A DNA stretch of 53,599 nt from a virus (lineage: Duplodnaviria; Caudoviricetes): positions 1-53,599 of IMG/VR virus record IMGVR_UViG_3300044954_000264. One strand, written 5' to 3'. The notes under the pieces were generated by a model that saw only the letters and a list, made by a program, of their open reading frames with translations, ran no database searches and was not told the DNA's origin. The position numbers and the translations under genes were made by a program. Shown piece after piece: positions 8,454 to 18,444 of the stretch; positions within the stretch are counted from its first letter, which is position 1; every line of letters begins with the position of its first letter.

Positions 8454-11400
8454 TCACCCGCTAATGTCGAAATTTCCTCTGTTCGTTAGAACGAAGGAAA
8501 GATCAAGGAACTCAAGGGTACGAACAGGAACGACATAAATCTTTCCACGGATCGTCTTGTTCTCGATATCCACCGTGGTTGTGGTGGTGGTGTCAATCTT
8601 CACGAGATATGCTTCCACGCCCTGCTGGTCTTGGATTCTTTTGAGAACCGGCTGACAGAGCTGCTGGAATCTGGCAAGAGTAGATTCTCTATTTGGCTCA
8701 AACAAGAATCTATTTGCAATCTTACGAATCTGTCTACGAAGGCTAAGCATTAACCTTCTGACATTTACTCTTTCTAGGGCACTTGGACTTGCAAACAAAG
8801 TCTTTTGTCCCCAGACAACCGTTCCCTCAGACCCAGGGAAAGCCACGAGAGGATTTATGTTAACCTGGTATAGGTCGTCCATGTTGTTTCTGGAAAGCTT
8901 AACAGAAGCCTCTTGTGTGGTCTCAAGAGCACCTCTTGAAAAGCCTGCAGGAGCAAACCATGGGAATGCCACAGCATCATTTCTAGAGAAGGCACCGAGG
9001 ACAGCCACGGACGGGGCAACCTCCCTGATAACATTGGAGAGCGAATCTCTAATGATGACGTTCGGGAAATAAGCAGCACCGAAGGAGGAGTTTAGGCCAC
9101 GATCTCTGAAGGTGTTTACGGTATTTCTTACCGAGACAATCTGGTCTTGTCCACCAACGATGGTTGCATTCTGGGTATCTTTTTCTTCGATATCCATAAG
9201 ATAAATGGCATCAAATCTATTTTCTGCCACAGCAAGAGCTTGGTCAGTAAGATACTTGTGGCGGATACCCGGAACTGTCAAAATCTGAACGTCTATTTCA
9301 GATGTGTCGTTCATAACGCTCAGGGCTCTCTCAAATGCCTTAACGGTTGGGCCGTTTGACAAGAGACGATTGCCGTTCTGTAGCTCCTGAACAACTGCAA
9401 TATTGTTCATGTACTGAGTATTTCTATCAAAGATTCTTACGCCATCATATCCGCCCTCTACAAAGAACGAAAACTTTGCAGCCTGACGTACTGTTGGATC
9501 CTGAAGGTCAGAAACCGTAAGAGCCTTTGTGAAGTTTACGGTATCCGTGGTGATACCGCCAGCGCGTACATATACCCAGTCATCTAGGTTGTTCATGTCT
9601 GGGAGATTCGAGGCAGAGATATATGGTACTTTGATTTTCTCCAGAGAGAACAAGTTGTTGTTGTATCTGTCGGCATCAATAATACCATTGGCTGCCGTGT
9701 CCGTCGTGTCCTCATTATCCCTTACGACTACGTTCTGCCAGTCGGTGTGGAAGTTTGGCAAATATCTTGTAAAGGAGACAATGGAATCATCTGGCACAAA
9801 GGAGGCGTTAGACTCAGAAATAGAAATAACTTTCTCAAACTGAACGCCCCAGTAGAACTGCCTGTCGCCAATAGTATTTCCAGAAGCTCCTCTGGAAACG
9901 TTTCTTCTCATTGGAACCGGTGGCTGTGCAAGCTTAAACCATGGATTAGTTGCAATCAAATTTCCGGCATCGGAGTAGGCACCCATTGGAGCAGTACCGC
10001 TTATCATAAGGTGCTGCGAGCCTCTGAAGCCTATAGGAAGGGCGGTAGCGTCTACATTCTGGTCATTTACACCAGAGGCTATCTCTATACGAATATACTT
10101 GGAGTTATTTGGGTACTCACCCTCAACTACAATCTTTTGTTCTCCGTCCGAAGCCTGGAAGTTATAGAACGTGTTGTAGTCGCCGATGACTCTAGCAATA
10201 TAGTTGTCAGCATTTGGATCAAGAGAAAGATTTCTCCACTGCTCCAAAACTTCCCTGCTCTTGTCGGTATCCCCACCATCTCTTATGAGAAGGTCGAATT
10301 TACCATAGAGGTAGGTGTCGCTAAGACTTGGAGCAATATTTTCAATGGAAATTTTGTATCTTCCATTGGAGTCTGCGCCGTCTGAAAGGGTATGAACCTT
10401 GAACAAGTTTTGTGGCTTGCCACCAAAAAGCTGGGAGGTGACCCAAGGAGACCTAGCTGTACGGAACCTATCCTCAAAGTTCTCAAAATTTGGTGCTGTG
10501 GTAGAACCAGAGTTTCTAGCCTGAGAGCCAGTAAGGATAAAGGCAATTCTTTCCATCGTGCTAACGCTAGGAGTAACTGCTCCTGCACCAGTTACGGTAG
10601 CTACGGAGGGGTAAATGTCCCACCAGTTATAAAGAACATAACCTGCTTGCTCTAGTCTGAATGGATCCTTGTTGAAAATGCTTCCGAAGTAATTCGGGGC
10701 AGTTGGATCGAAAGATGCCGTAACGACGTTTGGATAAGAAAGGTCAAGGGCTTTGTGACCATTTAGGAACATCACAAACTCTTGCTTGCTGCTAGAAAGA
10801 TTTACAGAACCAGTTTGGAATCCTCTGATGTTGGCAGCAACAGCAGGGAGAGTGGTGTCTGGGGCCGTATTTGTTCCGCCGACAGAATTTGAAAGCGACA
10901 ATACCACGCCAGAGGCAGCCATGAGCATACCTCTTACAACTGGAAGACCAGAACCGCTTAGACCGGCTTCAGAGAACCATGTAGAACCGTTAGATTCTGA
11001 CATAAATGCCCCGAGGAAGTACATTCTTCCGAGAGGACCCACGTCGGTACCGGAGGAAGTAACAGCGTAGGAGTTGGACCCAAGGGCACCAGAAAGAGTA
11101 CTCTGTGGCTGCTGATCGCCAACCACAAAACCAGCATTTGTTACTTTACCTTTGTTTTGCCCTGAAGTTGTTCTTGCTTGACCAGTTCCAATTCCCAAAA
11201 TTCTAAGGAAAGTTGCTGCCTGGGCGTTTCTTAGCCACTCAGACACAGCCAGAGGTCCATGGGTGGCACCATCTGTGGTCCTTCCGAAAATTACAACGAA
11301 ATCCTGAGCCGTAGGAACCGTAACCGGAACAAACGCAGGACCCTTCTGGGCGGTTCCAACAACTCCAGCAGGAATACCGACCGGAAGAAGGGCTGTAGGC

Positions 11401-11459
11401 CCCGTAAGGTCGATTGTTCTTGCGGACACACCCGCTGACTTGAATGAAATTTCTGTCAT
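8454..11459 (-). CDS. Tail sheath protein 2 (T4 gp18-like)
   Basis: N-terminal SAGV...IDLT/KGPAFVPV; C-terminal WFAPAGFSRG, INPLVAFPG, VVWGQKTL, RVNVRRL. Confidence 0.93.
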   Translation of the reverse strand: MTEISFKSAGVSARTIDLTGPTALLPVGIPAGVVGTAQKGPAFVPVTVPTAQDFVVIFGRTTDGATHGPLAVSEWLRNAQAATFLRILGIGTGQARTTSGQNKGKVTNAGFVVGDQQPQSTLSGALGSNSYAVTSSGTDVGPLGRMYFLGAFMSESNGSTWFSEAGLSGSGLPVVRGMLMAASGVVLSLSNSVGGTNTAPDTTLPAVAANIRGFQTGSVNLSSSKQEFVMFLNGHKALDLSYPNVVTASFDPTAPNYFGSIFNKDPFRLEQAGYVLYNWWDIYPSVATVTGAGAVTPSVSTMERIAFILTGSQARNSGSTTAPNFENFEDRFRTARSPWVTSQLFGGKPQNLFKVHTLSDGADSNGRYKISIENIAPSLSDTYLYGKFDLLIRDGGDTDKSREVLEQWRNLSLDPNADNYIARVIGDYNTFYNFQASDGEQKIVVEGEYPNNSKYIRIEIASGVNDQNVDATALPIGFRGSQHLMISGTAPMGAYSDAGNLIATNPWFKLAQPPVPMRRNVSRGASGNTIGDRQFYWGVQFEKVISISESNASFVPDDSIVSFTRYLPNFHTDWQNVVVRDNEDTTDTAANGIIDADRYNNNLFSLEKIKVPYISASNLPDMNNLDDWVYVRAGGITTDTVNFTKALTVSDLQDPTVRQAAKFSFFVEGGYDGVRIFDRNTQYMNNIAVVQELQNGNRLLSNGPTVKAFERALSVMNDTSEIDVQILTVPGIRHKYLTDQALAVAENRFDAIYLMDIEEKDTQNATIVGGQDQIVSVRNTVNTFRDRGLNSSFGAAYFPNVIIRDSLSNVIREVAPSVAVLGAFSRNDAVAFPWFAPAGFSRGALETTQEASVKLSRNNMDDLYQVNINPLVAFPGSEGTVVWGQKTLFASPSALERVNVRRLMLSLRRQIRKIANRFLFEPNRESTLARFQQLCQPVLKRIQDQQGVEAYLVKIDTTTTTTVDIENKTIRGKIYVVPVRTLEFLDLSFVLTNRGNFDISG

Positions 11460-11517
11460 TTTTTGTTATCCTTGAGTTTTTTCTAAGTATTTTCCTAGTT
11501 TTGTTTTGGGATTTTTA

Positions 11518-14500
11518 TTAGCTTGTAAACTGAATTGCAGAGTTGGTTATAATGAAGTCGATTGCGATAAACTCTGCTGCCCTTACAGGAATTACCTTAA
11601 TTGTTGCATTCATTCTATTTGCAAGCTTGTCTTGCTCGGTATTATTTCTTTCATCGCAGATTATTTCGAATCTCTCGATTCCGTCGCGGATTTGTACCGT
11701 GGACAATATTGGCTTAACCAGGTCAACAAACCTCTGACGAATTGCAGGGGTGAGTTGATCGAACATGAGACTATTTCCAGCAGCAATAATCTGTTGTTTA
11801 ATGGAGATAATCATTCTATTGACGTTAATAGACTGAAGGGCAGAAGTTGCCTGTTGGAGCGTCTGCTGGGAGAAAATCACGAAATTTTCCCCAGGAAGTT
11901 TGATGATTGGGTTCACTCTTACCGCATAAAGTCTTTCGCGCTCAGGCTGATTTACCTTAACGGAAGACATTTTTACAAAGTCGAGTGCGCCTCTGTTGAA
12001 TCCTGCAGGAGCAAACCAAGGATAAGCAACCCTGTCATTAAATCCGATAGCGGAAAGGGCTGCTACCGAGGCAGGAACCGTAACGTTTCTATTGTTGTTT
12101 ACAGTGTCCTCTACCACCACATTTGGGAAATAGGCGGACATATAAACGTTGTCAACGGCACGGCTTTCAAACATGTCTGCCGTTCTGTTTACAGAAACAT
12201 ATCTTCCGGTGTCACCATCGAAAACTCTGATAACGTCAGAATCGTAGGAAGGAATATCCACGAGATATTGTGCGAGACCATAGGTTCTTACAGCATCCCC
12301 GATGAAGTCAGTTACAAGAGGCTCTCTCTGTCCAGGGACAGCAAGAACATTTATGTTGCTGATAAATGGGTCGGTAATAAGTCTACCGGCAATTCTGTAG
12401 GAAGCCACAGAGTTGTTTCTTCTGGATGTACCTGCCTGGTTTGTAGCAAATCCAGGAGAGGTAAAGGAAGAGTTAGAACCACCGCCGTTTTCAGCAGAGG
12501 TACCCTTGTCTGTCATATATGCCTGTTCTTTATCCAGGATATTGAGACCATTAAATCCACCAAACATGACAGTAGTAAACTTCATGTAGTTTGAGAAACG
12601 ATTAAATGTGGTAGCGTCTCCGGTCTGGAGAAGGGTTCCAAAGGTAATACGATTCAAGTAGGTGTCATTTATTTTGTAGTCACTTGGATTTGGCATACCA
12701 TTTCTAAGATATGCTGCTTCTTTCATGTGGGTATCCACAGAGGCAGTCAAGTCTGTAATGGCTGTGTTTCCAAGGGCAACTCTAGAAAGAGTAAACTTGT
12801 TGTTATTGAAAAGGTCGGCCTGAGAACCGGTTACAAGGGTGTCAAGTTTTTGAATACCCTCAAAAGCCGTGTAGGCTCTTACGAGATTATTTATTTCACC
12901 ATTTATGTTGGTATTCAGAACATCGTTGTTGTTTCTGGTAACTTTTACGCCCCAGTAATAACGAGAGTCTGCGATTTCTGTTGGACCAGGAGTTCCAACA
13001 GGGCCGATTGCGGAAGTAATGGCACCTCTTGTGTTCTTAAATCTAAACGGAAGAGGTGGAACTACGGCATGAAGAAGTCTGTTATCGGTAGAACCAACTG
13101 CCCCAGAGGCTCCAAGGCGGGTAAGCGCAGGGAAAGACGAGGTAGCATCTGTAAGGAATGGGTTCGTGTTAAGTACATTTACCCCACGGAAACCGAAAGG
13201 AAGAGACTTGGCTGGAATAATCTTGTCTTCCACGCCTCTCGACATAACCACGCGAACGAAATTGGATCTTGACGGGTATTTACCTGTCTTTACGAGACGA
13301 CGATCATCCTCGTTTTCTACGTCAAAGTTGAAAAATACCTTTGCGTCACCAACGACTCTGGCAACGTAATTGTCGCTGTCTGGGTCGAGGTTGCATTCAT
13401 TGAACTGTTCAAGGATTTCCGGATTGAGGTCATCATCTTCAAACGATCTCACAAGAACGGCAAAGGAGCCATAGGGATCTTTTGGATCCGTGGATGCCTG
13501 CACGTTTGCGATAGAAACCTTAACCTTGCTATTTGCGTACTCGCCGTCATCAAGAGTCTCAAATCTGAAGAGGTCATATTCCGTAAGACCAAATGGCTGA
13601 GAAATAATTTGCGGACTTGATGGGGTTTTGTATCTGGTGTCGAATCTACCAAAAGCCTCCCTAAAGATCATGGAGGTGTCACCAGAATTTAGGGAAACGT
13701 TTGCAGAACCAGAGGCGATGCACACAGACTTGGAGCCGGTAGATGCAATAGCAATTTCGTTGTCCACGGCAAAGTCAAGATAGAGAAGATGTTTCTCTGT
13801 ACCAAACTTAAGCGGGTCGGTATTAAGAACCTTTCCAAAATAATCATCACTGGTTGGATTAAAGGAAGCGGTAACGATTTTTACGCCCGCATTTCCGTCG
13901 GTAGAACCGAAGGAGGACCCAGCCGAGCTAGAGATGGCTATTTTGATTTTTCTGGAGGAGTCTGGGGTAGCAAAGTCGTCTACCAGGTTTGCGAAGGACT
14001 CATTTGAGTCGAGAACCATTAGTCTGGTGCCGGAGGCACTGAACAACATACCGCGCAAAAGGTGTACGTCCGTGGCAGAACCCGTTGTAAAGAACGAGTC
14101 ATTGTCTGAGAACATTGGGAAGCCGGCTACCTCAGTACCCGTTACAACGTGACGAGCGGTAATAAACTGGACGGAGTGATTGTGTCTGCTGTCAGTTCCC
14201 TGGTTTACGGTAGAGCCACTGATTTTAAATCCGGCATTTACGACAATGCCCTTGGCTCTGGTTGCCTCAATGTCGGCGGCAGTCTCGTTTGCGCCTGCCC
14301 CGAGGGTACGGACAAACGTAAGAGCAAATCTATTTTTAAGATATAGATTTACCGCATATGGGGCTGGCATTTTGGCGTCTAAGGTGCCAAATTTAGTGTT
14401 GAAGTCGGCAAAGGACCCTACTGTAACCGGTACAAAGGCTGGTCCTTTTTGTGCCATTCCGATAACACCGGCAGGGATACCGGTAGGATTCTGTATAACG

Positions 14501-14559
14501 ACAGTTAGGTCTATTTCTCTGTCGAAAAATCCAGGTGCTTTAAAAATTTGCTCAGGCAT
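11518..14559 (-). CDS. Tail sheath protein 1 (T4 gp18-like)
   Basis: APGFFDREIDLT, KGPAFVPV, WFAPAGFNRG, QQTLQ...INVNR, AEFIAIDFII. Confidence 0.93.
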   Translation of the reverse strand: MPEQIFKAPGFFDREIDLTVVIQNPTGIPAGVIGMAQKGPAFVPVTVGSFADFNTKFGTLDAKMPAPYAVNLYLKNRFALTFVRTLGAGANETAADIEATRAKGIVVNAGFKISGSTVNQGTDSRHNHSVQFITARHVVTGTEVAGFPMFSDNDSFFTTGSATDVHLLRGMLFSASGTRLMVLDSNESFANLVDDFATPDSSRKIKIAISSSAGSSFGSTDGNAGVKIVTASFNPTSDDYFGKVLNTDPLKFGTEKHLLYLDFAVDNEIAIASTGSKSVCIASGSANVSLNSGDTSMIFREAFGRFDTRYKTPSSPQIISQPFGLTEYDLFRFETLDDGEYANSKVKVSIANVQASTDPKDPYGSFAVLVRSFEDDDLNPEILEQFNECNLDPDSDNYVARVVGDAKVFFNFDVENEDDRRLVKTGKYPSRSNFVRVVMSRGVEDKIIPAKSLPFGFRGVNVLNTNPFLTDATSSFPALTRLGASGAVGSTDNRLLHAVVPPLPFRFKNTRGAITSAIGPVGTPGPTEIADSRYYWGVKVTRNNNDVLNTNINGEINNLVRAYTAFEGIQKLDTLVTGSQADLFNNNKFTLSRVALGNTAITDLTASVDTHMKEAAYLRNGMPNPSDYKINDTYLNRITFGTLLQTGDATTFNRFSNYMKFTTVMFGGFNGLNILDKEQAYMTDKGTSAENGGGSNSSFTSPGFATNQAGTSRRNNSVASYRIAGRLITDPFISNINVLAVPGQREPLVTDFIGDAVRTYGLAQYLVDIPSYDSDVIRVFDGDTGRYVSVNRTADMFESRAVDNVYMSAYFPNVVVEDTVNNNRNVTVPASVAALSAIGFNDRVAYPWFAPAGFNRGALDFVKMSSVKVNQPERERLYAVRVNPIIKLPGENFVIFSQQTLQQATSALQSINVNRMIISIKQQIIAAGNSLMFDQLTPAIRQRFVDLVKPILSTVQIRDGIERFEIICDERNNTEQDKLANRMNATIKVIPVRAAEFIAIDFIITNSAIQFTS

Positions 14560-14641
14560 TTGCTATTCCTCTAAGGATTTAAATAATATTTGAGGTGACA
14601 ACCTTGACTTAATTAGAGCGAATAAGGTCGTTTCCTAATTT

Positions 14642-15895
14642 TTATGTTTTGTGTTCGTTCAACAAAAACTCTTGTAAGGTCGCGATATCAGAGGCAGAGT
14701 AAACAGACTCTCCCTTTCTCTGATTTCTGCTAATTTTTTTAATATATTTTATAGACTTTTTCCCCGTAATTGGATTAATAAATGTCTTTTTAAACAGAAA
14801 TCTTTCTTCTGTTGTCGGTTTTTGCTTTGTTTTTTGCTCCTGGTTAATATCCGTTAAAATAAATTTGTCATCTGTAGATTTCTCCAGAGGAGGGACAGAC
14901 AGGTCCCTTTCGGTCAAAATATCTCCGGTTGGACTTTCGTCTATTTCAAAGAATACCGTTGGGGCACTCAAATACCTTCTAATTGGAACTGGATTTGCTG
15001 GGCCATTGGTGGCAAGGATAAATCCCTTTACTCTCATAGTAAAATTGTAACGAATTATTCTTTCGTCATCCGAAAAATCATCAAAGTTGTCCTGAGAGGC
15101 AAGGTTATCATCTACATAGGCCATAAACCAGTAGCCCTTGTCGGTACCAAGGCGGAACATCCTGCCCTGCGGTAAAAACGAAGACAAAAACGTCTCAATC
15201 ATGTAGTTCATGTGTTGATGATAGGAAGTCCAGAACAAAACTTCATAAGTGGCTGTAAAAAACTGAGGCTGTGGGATGGCGAACACCTCGAATATATTCT
15301 GTCCTAGGTTGGAGTCCAAAAGAACCCCAGCCTGAACATCCCTACTATCCTTTAAGCTCTCGGTTTTATTAATGTTTGTGGAATTTGGTAGATCCGGGAT
15401 ATTTTTGAAGGCATATTTATTTAGGAGCGTCTGGTAGTCTCTGTCCTCTGGGGCAAGTCTGCGTTTTATTACCAAGTCCCCGGTAAACTGATTCATACCT
15501 CTGCCAGTTATATCCTCTGGGGCTTGTTCTATCCCGGTTCTTCTTATGGACACGGCCGGCAGCAACAAAACTTGATTTTTATCTCTCGGTGGTCTAAGTT
15601 TCTTTGCAAGAGCAAATTTTTCTCCGGTGGCGAAGATCACCTCAGGCTTTTTGAGATAAATTGGCTTTTGGCCACCGCCATATGTTTGGACAGAAAATTT
15701 AATGGTTTCGTTGAACAGGGCGTGCATAGCTCTGTCACAATCCTCAATACCACAAGAAGGAATTGTGAAAGTCTCAGATGCAGCCCCGGCTGGGTCATCT
15801 CCGTAGCCAGAGGGAAGATTCCCTAAGGACTCCCCTGGGATTGGTTCTGGAATATTGTGCCGGGAGACGTTAGTGTCTCTGTTGGAAGTTACCAT
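14642..15895 (-). CDS. Tail terminator / sheath stabiliser (T4 gp15-like)
   Basis: LLLPAVSIRRTG, IPQPQFFTATYEV, ERIIRYNFTMRVKGFI; lies between neck and sheath genes. Confidence 0.7.
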   Translation of the reverse strand: MVTSNRDTNVSRHNIPEPIPGESLGNLPSGYGDDPAGAASETFTIPSCGIEDCDRAMHALFNETIKFSVQTYGGGQKPIYLKKPEVIFATGEKFALAKKLRPPRDKNQVLLLPAVSIRRTGIEQAPEDITGRGMNQFTGDLVIKRRLAPEDRDYQTLLNKYAFKNIPDLPNSTNINKTESLKDSRDVQAGVLLDSNLGQNIFEVFAIPQPQFFTATYEVLFWTSYHQHMNYMIETFLSSFLPQGRMFRLGTDKGYWFMAYVDDNLASQDNFDDFSDDERIIRYNFTMRVKGFILATNGPANPVPIRRYLSAPTVFFEIDESPTGDILTERDLSVPPLEKSTDDKFILTDINQEQKTKQKPTTEERFLFKKTFINPITGKKSIKYIKKISRNQRKGESVYSASDIATLQEFLLNEHKT

Positions 15896-15919
15896 CAATT
15901 AATAAGTAGACTATTAGCC

Positions 15920-16651
15920 TTAATAATATTTGCTGTATACGTCTTCGGTATACCCATAGTCGAAAAACCTAAGTTTTCCATTTATGGTTTTGCCGAAGTG
16001 ACTTGGATTAACATCGGGATATACAAGATTGTGAGTTTTAATCATTTCAATTATGTCTTCCACGAATTTTAACTTCTCTGGTGACATCAAAACATCCTGG
16101 ATGGCAGGAATTTTAGGACTTCTAGGAACGTCAGACTTGAGTCGTTTTAATTTGCTTTCTAGACCGTGGTCAACGGATTCCTGATCTAAAATTCCATAAG
16201 TAAACCAGTCTTCGTCTATGCCTGTTATGGCTCTGAACTCTCCTCTTCCCAAAGGCTTAACCAGTTCCGAAATAATCCACTTAAAATCTGGAGAAAAGTC
16301 AAATATTCTTGTTACCAGTTTATTATTTTTTGAGTGCGTGAAAATGGAGACCTCAGCTTCATTTTGTGCGATGCCTGCCTTGTTTTTTGATATTTTGAGA
16401 ACTTTATCGCCAGACAGGGCAAAAACTATTCTGCTGCTTCCCTCGCCGAGTTCTGGAAGATATTTTCTTGCATAGGCGACTTCTGGGTGAGATTTGTGTG
16501 CCCAGGCAAAATCCTCCTCTTCTTCCTTAGTTTCAGGACGAGCACTTCCTGCGGAAATGCTTTTAAACTTCTGCAGATTAAATCCTCTGAGAACTTCCTC
16601 AAGAGAAGCCTCAACAAGATTTTCTATTAAGCTTTTAATTGTTGTGTTCAT
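15920..16651 (-). CDS. Protein kinase-like protein (paralogue B)
   Basis: LGEGSSRIVF, VLKI, NEAEV, DVNPSHFG, FDYG; ATG at 16651 has SD-like AGGTGAG (alternative GTG start at 16663). Confidence 0.75.
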   Translation of the reverse strand: MNTTIKSLIENLVEASLEEVLRGFNLQKFKSISAGSARPETKEEEEDFAWAHKSHPEVAYARKYLPELGEGSSRIVFALSGDKVLKISKNKAGIAQNEAEVSIFTHSKNNKLVTRIFDFSPDFKWIISELVKPLGRGEFRAITGIDEDWFTYGILDQESVDHGLESKLKRLKSDVPRSPKIPAIQDVLMSPEKLKFVEDIIEMIKTHNLVYPDVNPSHFGKTINGKLRFFDYGYTEDVYSKYY

Positions 16652-16663
16652 GGTAGTGCTCAC

Positions 16664-17512
16664 CTAATATTGTGCCTTATAGTGTTTATCAAAAACGCTC
16701 TTAGTTAAGCCGTAGTCATAAAGTCTTATTTTGCCTTTTACCGTTCTTCCAAAGTGTTCTAGTCTTACGAGGTCTCCGATTTCAAGTTCAAGTTTTTTTG
16801 CAACGTCCATGAGATCTTTTGCAAATTTTATAATAGGCGAATGATAATTTAGACTTTTTAGAAAGTCGGATTGCCTATTTGCTCTTGCGATTCTTTCCAT
16901 GTAAATCTCTACGTCTTCGTCTTCGCCAAGTTGTTTGGCTCGGTCTGCATTATCCCGGTATCTATCAATGTCGGAGGCCAACTTATCCATTTGAGCTTTT
17001 CTCCAACGCCAAAAATCTTCTAAGCTTCTATTGTACTCAAACCAATCCATCAATCTTTGAAACTTATCACTATCAAGCCCAATGAATTGTTCAAATTCAT
17101 TAGGCTCCAGAGGTTTTACAATTTCGGCTACCATCCACTTAAAATCTGGAGAAAAGTCAAATACTTTAGTTACCAGCTCGTTTTGGCCAAGCTTTTGAGC
17201 CACCTCAACCTCGGCTTTATTTTGTGCGGCTCCAGCATTATTTTTGGCAATTTTCAAAGTTTTGTCACCTGACAAAGCGAAAGTTATTCTTGAAGAACCA
17301 CTGCCAAGAAATGGCAAAAATTTCTTCGCGTAGACAATTTCTGGATGGGCTTCCTGACCGGCTGTCGGAATATCCCAAATGTATTCTGGTTCCTTTGGTC
17401 TTTCGTTTGTTCTAGAAATTCTCTTAAACTGCTCAAAATCAAACTTGCCCAAAATTTCCAAAATGAGTAAGTTTACAGTTTCTTTAAGAGTATCATAAAT
17501 TTCGGTACTCAT
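16664..17512 (-). CDS. Protein kinase-like protein (paralogue A)
   Basis: LGSGSSRITF, TLKI, NKAEV, DLVRLEHFG, YDYG; ends in TAG. Confidence 0.75.
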   Translation of the reverse strand: MSTEIYDTLKETVNLLILEILGKFDFEQFKRISRTNERPKEPEYIWDIPTAGQEAHPEIVYAKKFLPFLGSGSSRITFALSGDKTLKIAKNNAGAAQNKAEVEVAQKLGQNELVTKVFDFSPDFKWMVAEIVKPLEPNEFEQFIGLDSDKFQRLMDWFEYNRSLEDFWRWRKAQMDKLASDIDRYRDNADRAKQLGEDEDVEIYMERIARANRQSDFLKSLNYHSPIIKFAKDLMDVAKKLELEIGDLVRLEHFGRTVKGKIRLYDYGLTKSVFDKHYKAQY

Positions 17513-18201
17513 ATGTCGTCCTCGTCATTATAAAAGGAGCTTGCCTTCTTGTCGGAATCCACACCGACAACTCTGGGTCCTTCCCCAAGAGCAGTCTCAG
17601 ACATATCGTCCGCAAGTCGCTCTCTAAGCTGTCTGACATCCCCAGTTGCTCCCTCTTTGGCAGTCTCCCCAAGACCACGTTGCTGTTCAAAAGTTTTCTG
17701 GACGGTGGTTTGCTCGTATGCACCGGCACTGTCTTTGTTTGGCTCCAAAAAGTTCTTGGGGTCAAATTGTCCAAGTCTTGCAGCCTGCCCAATTATTTTG
17801 TACCCAACCTCATACTCTTCCTGACCAAAAATATTGCCGAGAGTAGTAAAGGATGTAATCTCAAATGCTTGATCTGCGAAAGTAAAGAAGTCTCCCTCGT
17901 ACAAAGTAAATCCTTTGTCAATAAGATCCCTTGCATGAACAAACACCTCTAGCTTGGCTGTTTTCTCAAGACCAAAAACATTTGCCCTAGGTGCATTGTC
18001 TGGCCAGTTTGCCAAAACAGGAACTTTTATAGGATTATCAAATATTTTCTGTACTGCCTCATTATAAACGGGATGAATCTTAGTCTTCAAGGTAGACACG
18101 GGATAGTAGTTAATGGTTTGCCCAATAACATCTTTCATGTACTCCTTGGTAAGGTCGTTTATCATGTGAATTTCACGACTTGAAATGAAAAGACGGGCCA
18201 T
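17509..18201 (-). CDS. Neck / head completion protein (T4 gp14-like)
   Basis: IGQTINYY, VYNEAVQKIFDNPI, EGDFF motifs; position downstream of gp13-like gene. Confidence 0.7.
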   Translation of the reverse strand: MARLFISSREIHMINDLTKEYMKDVIGQTINYYPVSTLKTKIHPVYNEAVQKIFDNPIKVPVLANWPDNAPRANVFGLEKTAKLEVFVHARDLIDKGFTLYEGDFFTFADQAFEITSFTTLGNIFGQEEYEVGYKIIGQAARLGQFDPKNFLEPNKDSAGAYEQTTVQKTFEQQRGLGETAKEGATGDVRQLRERLADDMSETALGEGPRVVGVDSDKKASSFYNDEDDI

Positions 18202-18429
18202 TTATCTTAAATACCTTCTTCCTTTCCTAAGTTCTCGGAGTGCTTTTCTAAATAATGCAAGAGCTTGAGCTTCATCCTCTGAACGTTCCGGGTCTGTTTG
18301 TATTTTTAAAATAAGACTAGAAAGAGCCACGTCAGATTCCTCAAAAGAGCTTTGTAGATCGGCTTTTTTTCTTTTTTTGTCGTCGGAAGCGCCGTACTTG
18401 TTCTGTAGAAATGTTTTAAGAGTTGTCAT
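18202..18429 (-). CDS. Hypothetical protein
   Basis: 75-aa ORF abutting next gene. Confidence 0.5.
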   Translation of the reverse strand: MTTLKTFLQNKYGASDDKKRKKADLQSSFEESDVALSSLILKIQTDPERSEDEAQALALFRKALRELRKGRRYLR

Positions 18430-18444
18430 AATTTGCCAATAAAT

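Noticed and set aside
11506-12594. 362-aa plus-strand ORF and similar antisense ORFs (e.g. 26295..27140, 52885..53529)
   Set aside because: Shadows of strongly conserved minus-strand genes; no recognisable motifs
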